DNA of 64,000 nt from Eledone cirrhosa (lineage: Eukaryota): contig OZ024745.1 of the NCBI GenBank assembly GCA_964016885.1, forward strand, positions 21,080,001 through 21,144,000, read 5' to 3'. Positions 56,909-64,000 of this stretch are shown in pieces. Both the position numbers and the translations under genes were made by a program. Numbering within the stretch: position 1 is the stretch's first letter; each line of letters opens with the position of its first letter. The notes beneath the pieces were generated by a model, which saw only the letters and a program-made list of their open reading frames with translations, searched no databases and was not told where the DNA came from.

Positions 56909-56944
56909 CTTTACCGGTTTCGTAGTTCTTCTGCTTTTCAAAAG
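56909..56944 (-). ncRNA. Variant minimal hammerhead motif (TTGAAAA core)
   Basis: CTT TTGAAAA GCAGAAGAACTAC GAAA CCGG TA AAG. Confidence 0.45.
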
Positions 56945-56984
56945 TAGAGTTGTGATGGAGGGTCTGTGGTTTTTCTCACATCTG

Positions 56985-57043
<59 letters not shown>

Positions 57044-57227
57044 ACTGAGAAAAAGACGATTATTAGGAAGAAAAACTTTTTTTTTTCCTTTTTTATTTCC
57101 TTCTCTCTTTTTTCTGGGTTAGAAGATGATTAAAACGAAATATTTTACTTTGTGTGAAGTGTTTAGGTATTAGTTGATTTATTTATTAATTAACAATGGC
57201 ATTTATTTATTTATTTAATAATTGTCT

Positions 57228-59095
57228 ATTACCGGTTTCAGCATTTTTATGCATTATCAAATGATAATAATATGTATTGGTGTAGAATGGTGGTGTTGAA
57301 CATGTTAAAGAAATGGTGCAGAAGGAATAATGTTATTTACAAATAAGGTTTATGAAGTGAAAATAAAAAATAAAAAAGGGGCGTAATGTGGAGCATAATA
57401 AGTCAATGTGAAAGAAAAAATGTTATTTACAGGAATAGTTCTTGAAGATAAGCAGATCAAAATGTGTTAATATAGCAAGATTGCTTAGTTGATCCATAAT
57501 GGAGGCAAATGGTGGACTGGGGTTTGATATGATTTCCCTTTTTAGAGAGATAATATGCAGGGGGGGGGGGGTGTAATTCATGCTGGATGATATTTAATTT
57601 ATTTAAGAAAAAGTATTAGGTAGGGTGTGAGGCAGGTAACTCTTTAGAGAAACATAGATATTTGTAAATGTTTGATTGTTCGTTCCAGTTTTAGCTCAGT
57701 CCGAAGTTTAGTGCATTAAGTAGAGGTTGGAATTTGTTAATGAAATGCGTTTCCTTATTGGTACGATGGATGAAAGTAGCGTTTTCTATGAATTTGTAAA
57801 TGGGGAAAATTTTAAAGTTTAGGTGTTGGTTGGGTGCACAATTGGCGATATTTTCACTAAATGCAATCTTTCTGTATTCCTGTATTTTGATTTGTGACAT
57901 ACGTTGTCGGAGGCTGTTTTTTGTCTGTCCTTTGTAGTGCTCTTGACAACCTGAGCAGGTCAAAACATAGATTAGGTTTTTAGATGCACATGTAAAGTTG
58001 TTTTTAACTGTGAAATGTGTCCTTGTTTAAAATGGAATGTTGAACCTTCTATTAGTTTATGCATATGCCACAGTTGGGCCTTCCGCATTTTGTTACTGTA
58101 GGGTTCGTTGTGAGGGTTTGTTGGATTTTGGCATGTGTGAGGATGTTTTTTATGGATTTAGGCTGTGTTTTGCTCTTTATGATGTTGTGTGTTTGGAGGA
58201 TTTTGTTCATTCTTGAGTCTCTTTTTAGTAAAGGAATGTTCTGGAGGATGGTGTCGAATGCCTCATTGTTGAGGTGGTTGTGTGTGGAGATGTATGGTAG
58301 AGTTTTCTGTTGCGGTTCATTCCTGGGTTTGGGGTGTCTGAGTTCCTGGATGTCGAGTTTTAGGGCACGTTGGAATCCATTGTTGATTAGGGATGGTGGG
58401 TAGTTTCTGTTGATAAGTGTGTTTTTTAATTCTTCTAGTCGTGTGTAGCATGTGTATTTATCTGAAACTATTGTGCAGATCCTTTTGGCTAGGTTACTAG
58501 GAATTGCCATTTTGGTGTGTCTAGGGTGGCACGAGTTGAATGGAAGGTATTGTTTGGAGTCTGTGGGTTTGTAGTATATGTCCGTTTCTATTTTGTTGTT
58601 GTTTTTTTCTTGATGAGGATGTCGAGGAAAGTGAGTTGTTCATGGCTGTAATCCATTGTGAATTGTAAGTTTGTGTTGAGTACATTCAGAAAGGTTTTAA
58701 ACTCAATCAGTCTATCTATACTTTCATGCCAGAGGATGAAGCAGTCGTCCAGATATCTCTTCCAGTTCTTTTCTATGTGTTGGTAGAGGGGGTTGCCGTA
58801 TTTGTCTAGAACTTTTCGGTAGAGAGTCGTTTCCAAATATCCCATGACAAGGATGGCGTACGAGAGGGCTACTTTCGTGCCCATGGCAGTCCCATATTTC
58901 TGTCTGTAGTATTTGGCATTGAATTCGAAGAAATTGTTTTCCAAGATGATTTTGAGTCCCTCCAACACAAATTCTTTAGGGATGCGCTGTGGAGGCTCAC
59001 TAGGGAAATTTTCAAGCCAGAATTGTATTGCCTCTATACCTAGGTTGTGTAGGACATTGGAATATAAATTGATGACATCGAAGGTTACTAGTAGG
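57228..59095 (-). mobile_element. 5'-truncated Penelope-like element: RT + GIY-YIG pseudogene (about 57691-59095), 3' UTR, variant hammerhead at 57228-57262
   Basis: FDVINLYSNV, GTAMGT, RYLDDCF, FLDI (RT); KCGRPNCGIC linker; LIYVLTCSGCQEHYKGQT..HRTNKE (GIY-YIG); several frameshifts and stops. Confidence 0.88.
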
Positions 59096-59259
59096 GTATA
59101 TATATATTTTTTTTTTAGTATATGTTGGTTGTATACCAACACCTCAGTATGCAGATTGGAGCACTCGACGAAGTGCGCAGGTTAGTTTGGTTACTCCGGA
59201 GTAATGTAAAATAAAATAAAATAAATAATTCAAATGTTTTTAATTTGGCTTCGTTTATT

Positions 59260-59316
59260 ACTGTTATATATATATTTCGGAGACAGCCATCTTTGGCTGT
59301 GACCTCTTCAGGCAGT
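59260..59316 (-). ncRNA. Minimal type I hammerhead ribozyme
   Basis: ACTGC CTGAAGA GGTCACAGCC-AAAGAT-GGCTGTCTCC GAAA TATATATA TA ACAGT. Confidence 0.7.
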
Positions 59317-59715
59317 TGGAATTAGTGCGGTAGAGACGAGTACGCATGTTGTTGAGGTGTTTAACTTTGTCAATACGCTGATATGCCCAGTTCCTGGTTG
59401 GGTTGTTACTTCACTGAGGAACTGGAATCATATTATTATTATTATTATTATTACTATATATATATATATATATATATATATGCAGAGGTTATATTTAATT
59501 TGTTGGGGTTCAACAAGCTTAAAAAATGTTATAACTGATATAAAGCACTCAACAGCTTAGTGGAGTAAATATTGAATATATTAATAAATGGAAACTATAT
59601 ATATAAAACCATAATTATTTTATTATATATATTTCAAGGGCAACCACTACCCAGCGAACCTCAACCGTTAAGGTTGTCTTTATGCGGGTATATCAATATT
59701 TATAAAACAAATTTG

Positions 59716-59781
59716 TATTTTATCTGATGAAATCGCACCAAAATTTGACTTGGTTGACCTTGAAATATATATAATAAAATA
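59716..59781 (+). ncRNA. Minimal type I hammerhead ribozyme
   Basis: TATTTTAT CTGATGA [..ACCAA..TTGGT..] GAAA TATATA TA ATAAAATA; its 3' part is inverted at 59575-59646. Confidence 0.75.
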
Positions 59782-59823
59782 ATTATGGTTTTATAAATAT
59801 AGTTTCTATTTATTAATATATTG

Positions 59824-59857
<34 letters not shown>

Positions 59858-60500
59858 TATATATATATATTTATATATATATATTTATATATATATATAT
59901 TTATATATATATATTTATATATATATATTTATATATATATATATTTATATAGAGAGCTTATTTGATTTGTGCTATTTATGCAATTTTTTGCATGATTTAC
60001 ACATACTGAATTCATTTGCCAAAATCTGGGGTTTTTTCCTGTGAGTTACACATGTGCTTTTACGGAGCACTCTGTCATCCACAATACTGGCGAACAAAAT
60101 ACCTGGCAGAACAAAATACCTGTTGATAACGTGATATTCCTTGTTTGATCATTATGCCAAAAGCTTATTGTTTTAAGCAGAAAGTGATATTGATTTAGGT
60201 GTCGCAGAAACCCTGTACTGGACTTTATCATCAATTCCAAGGGTCCAGGTTTGTTATATATATATATGTATATGTATATATATATATATGATTATGTTAT
60301 TTATTTTGTCTGACCTGTTTAGCTTTACTTGTTTTTTGGCTTAGGTGGTCTATAGCTTCTTGACCGCCTTCTCAGTTTGTATGGCCTTTTAACCTATGTT
60401 TATTGCTCTGGTCTTTTAGACTATGGAGCGTTTGCCAACATGACTCGGAATTTGCGTTACGTTTCGCTTTTTCTACATGCCAAAATGCGATTCTCGCTGA

Positions 60501-60543
<43 letters not shown>

Positions 60544-60602
60544 TATATACCTATGTATTTATATAAGTGTGTCTATATGTATATGTACATATATTAATAT
60601 GA

Positions 60603-60706
<104 letters not shown>

Positions 60707-61000
60707 ATATGTCTGTATTTCACCGTAGATTTTAAATGAACAGCTTGATTCAATTTTCGATCTTCACGATTCTTATGAAAAACTGTTAATTGATAAAAAA
60801 TACAAAAAAATACAAGAAAAATACAACAATTTCTGTACTCAGTAAAACATCAGTAAGATGAGAATAGGAAACTAGCATCCATCATAATACATCAAGAAAT
60901 ACGTAACCAAAGGCTTCATATACCTATCAGATAATGGCATTACTAGACAATTATCTTCCACAATGTTAGTCCTTAGAAGGTAGTTTATTGTATTATATAG

Positions 61001-61158
61001 TCTATCAAAGTTTTTTCAACACACCTGTGACATCACCAGTGGTACTATTGCTATTGTAATGTCTATTCTGAAAATAGAATAGACATTACAATACAACGGG
61101 AGAAAACATAATTACCACTGATGATGCCCCAGGTATGTGATGAAAGAACTTTGATAGA
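61001..61158. repeat. Nested imperfect inverted repeat with a degenerate hammerhead (61115-61153)
   Basis: Arms 61001-61044 / 61113-61158; inner hairpin 61052-61093; CTGATGA..GAAA. Confidence 0.55.
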
Positions 61159-61247
61159 ATTTATATATATATATATATATTTATATCTGTTTGTCTGTGT
61201 GTGGTTAAATGTATGAAACAGATTGTCAAAAGCTGCGAGAATAATAA

Positions 61248-61445
61248 TAATTGTTTCTTATATAGGCACAAGGCCAGCAATTTTGGCGGAGAGGAAAGTC
61301 GATTAAATCGACTCCAGTGCGTGACTGGTACTTTATTTTATCGATCCCGTAAGGATGAAAGGCAAAGTTAACCTCGGTGGGATTTGAACTCAGATCATAA
61401 AGGGACGTAACTATGTTGGAAAGCATGGCGTCCGACCCTCTACCG

Positions 61446-61447
<2 letters not shown>
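61248..61447 (-). mobile_element. tRNA-SINE (Nin/Deu-core type)
   Basis: Core and B-box in reverse, flanked by (AAT)n. Confidence 0.85.
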
Positions 61448-61487
<40 letters not shown>

Positions 61488-61604
61488 CTTGCTGGGAACA
61501 GCAAGAACCCTCCGATACGTCCTGAATATCTGAGGCTGCAGGTAGTGGCTTGATATTCATTTCAACAAACTTTCCAGTTAACTAACATCAATGACTGAGA
61601 CTCA

Positions 61605-61648
<44 letters not shown>

Positions 61649-61772
61649 TGATGATAAGGATGATGATGGTGATAATGGTGCTAATAATGACAATGATAAT
61701 GATGGTGATGATGGTGATGATGGTGATGATGGTGATGATGATGATAACGGTGATGATGATGATGATGGTGAC

Positions 61773-61815
<43 letters not shown>

Positions 61816-61979
61816 TTGATGATGAGGAGGAGGAGGAGGAAGATGAAATTGATAATGCTGTATCCGTTGATGATATGACGGGGATGTAGTAATAGCATTA
61901 AAGTAAACAATGGTGGCGAATCAGACTTCAGACAATAATGGATGCACAAGATATTTTCATGTATAATGTATATACACAC

Positions 61980-62018
<39 letters not shown>

Positions 62019-62137
62019 TACACACACACATACACTCATACACACATACACACACACACACAGACTTATATATGGTTACACACACATACACACCCACATA
62101 CATACACACATACTTATATATGGTTACACACACACAC

Positions 62138-62216
<79 letters not shown>

Positions 62217-62245
62217 ATATATATATATATATATACATATATATA

Positions 62246-62288
<43 letters not shown>

Positions 62289-62346
62289 GACACACATGTA
62301 TATATTATATATAAATATATATGACATATATATATATATCAATATG

Positions 62347-62377
<31 letters not shown>

Positions 62378-62384
62378 ATATAAT

Positions 62385-62415
<31 letters not shown>

Positions 62416-62424
62416 TGAGTTAGT

Positions 62425-62519
<95 letters not shown>

Positions 62520-62697
62520 GGTGTGTAACTTTTTACGCTAGTATTCGTTCACCAGTTTGATCATGATCAATCGATGCGTAAGGGGGTTCGGTTTACTATT
62601 GATTCCAGAATCTGGCACGATCGATACTGATATTACCTTGAGTTAAACGCACGTCACACCTGAATAAACATAATTTTGACATCACGATCCTACTCCT

Positions 62698-62794
<97 letters not shown>

Positions 62795-62842
62795 ATATAT
62801 TTATATATTTATATATATATATATATATATATTTATATACAT

Positions 62843-62888
<46 letters not shown>

Positions 62889-62909
62889 TTATATATATAT
62901 ATATATATA

Positions 62910-62959
<50 letters not shown>

Positions 62960-63026
62960 CATACACATATATATATATATATATATATATATTGGAATAA
63001 ATGCTCTGAAATAGCGATATATATGT

Positions 63027-63095
63027 GAGGATTAATGGCTCATATACACAGATACTGACGACGGTTAGAACATATCCTGGAAAAAACACGTAACG

Positions 63096-63133
<38 letters not shown>

Positions 63134-63202
63134 CGTTACGTGTTTTTTCCAGGATATGTTCTAACCGTCGTCAGTATCTGTGTATATGAGCCATTAATCC
63201 TC
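63027..63202. repeat. Perfect 176-bp palindrome centred on (TA)n, with a hammerhead core in each arm
   Basis: CTGACGA at 63055-63061, GTTA/TAAC helix II base, GAAA at 63095-63098 running into (TA)n; exact mirror on the other strand. Confidence 0.85.
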
Positions 63203-63545
63203 TTTGCGAATGTTTGTTAGTGTCCTTAGAGGGGAATGGGCTCAAATCTTGCTTTGCATAGCCTCATTTTCGTGATTTTTGTGATTGGAAACGCCCACAC
63301 CTACCGTACGGTGTTAAGAGGACCTCATGCCTTGCCTATTCTGGTGTTCACTAAACTGCTAAAATACAAGAAGTCCCCCCCCCCCCCGCCCTCTGTCTTA
63401 GAACTTTCCAACGCATTCATTACTTCATCAGACGTTGCAGAAATACTGACGACGAAATCAAATATAAAAAGTTGAAATTTAGTAGAATGGAAAGCAGATT
63501 TGTCGTATGTAAATTTGATTCTATGACGGTGTGTTTGTGCGTATG

Positions 63546-63602
<57 letters not shown>

Positions 63603-63782
63603 TGTGTGTGTCGGTGTTTCCACATATATGTATCGATATATGTGTTGGATGTTGGTATGTATAAATACATACAGCGATATACGTATGTATATGTATATAT
63701 AAATATATATGTTCATGTGTCTATCTATGTTATTATAAATATATATATATACGTAGGTATGTATAAATAAATGAATAAATAA

Positions 63783-63849
<67 letters not shown>

Positions 63850-63903
63850 TATATATATACATTTGCATACACCTAGAATATATAATTATACACACGCACA
63901 CAC

Positions 63904-63971
<68 letters not shown>

Positions 63972-64000
63972 GCATACATATATATAGATACATGTATATA

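Noticed and set aside
63392-63470. CTGATGA..GAAA (minus) and CTGACGACGAAA (plus)
   Set aside because: No credible helix I or II; could be chance in AT-rich DNA.

Overview
AT-rich eukaryotic DNA packed with microsatellites ((TA)n, (CA)n, (GA)n, (TATC)n, (CAC)n, (TAG)n, (ATC)n). The repeat content (tRNA-headed SINEs with a Nin/Deu-type core) suggests an invertebrate, probably a cephalopod such as octopus; this is inference only. Almost all ORFs in the supplied track are translations of simple repeats, and I could not identify a host gene; only weak exon candidates were seen. Clear mobile elements: a near full-length L1/Tx1-group LINE sitting in a (TATC)n tract (13.5-19.3 kb), a non-coding LTR element with 553-bp LTRs, PBS, PPT and 4-bp TSD (26.4-29.1 kb), a CR1-group LINE (34.4-37.8 kb), a mariner remnant with two MITEs, a decayed Penelope-like element (57.2-59.1 kb) and many SINEs. 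The most striking unannotated signal, found by eye, is about 15-19 minimal type I hammerhead ribozyme motifs from several families. They lie in short direct-repeat or fold-back cassettes inserted in (TA)n tracts. One is a 332-nt retrozyme-like monomer, and several have a helix III made of the (TA)n repeat itself. No folding or database search was run.
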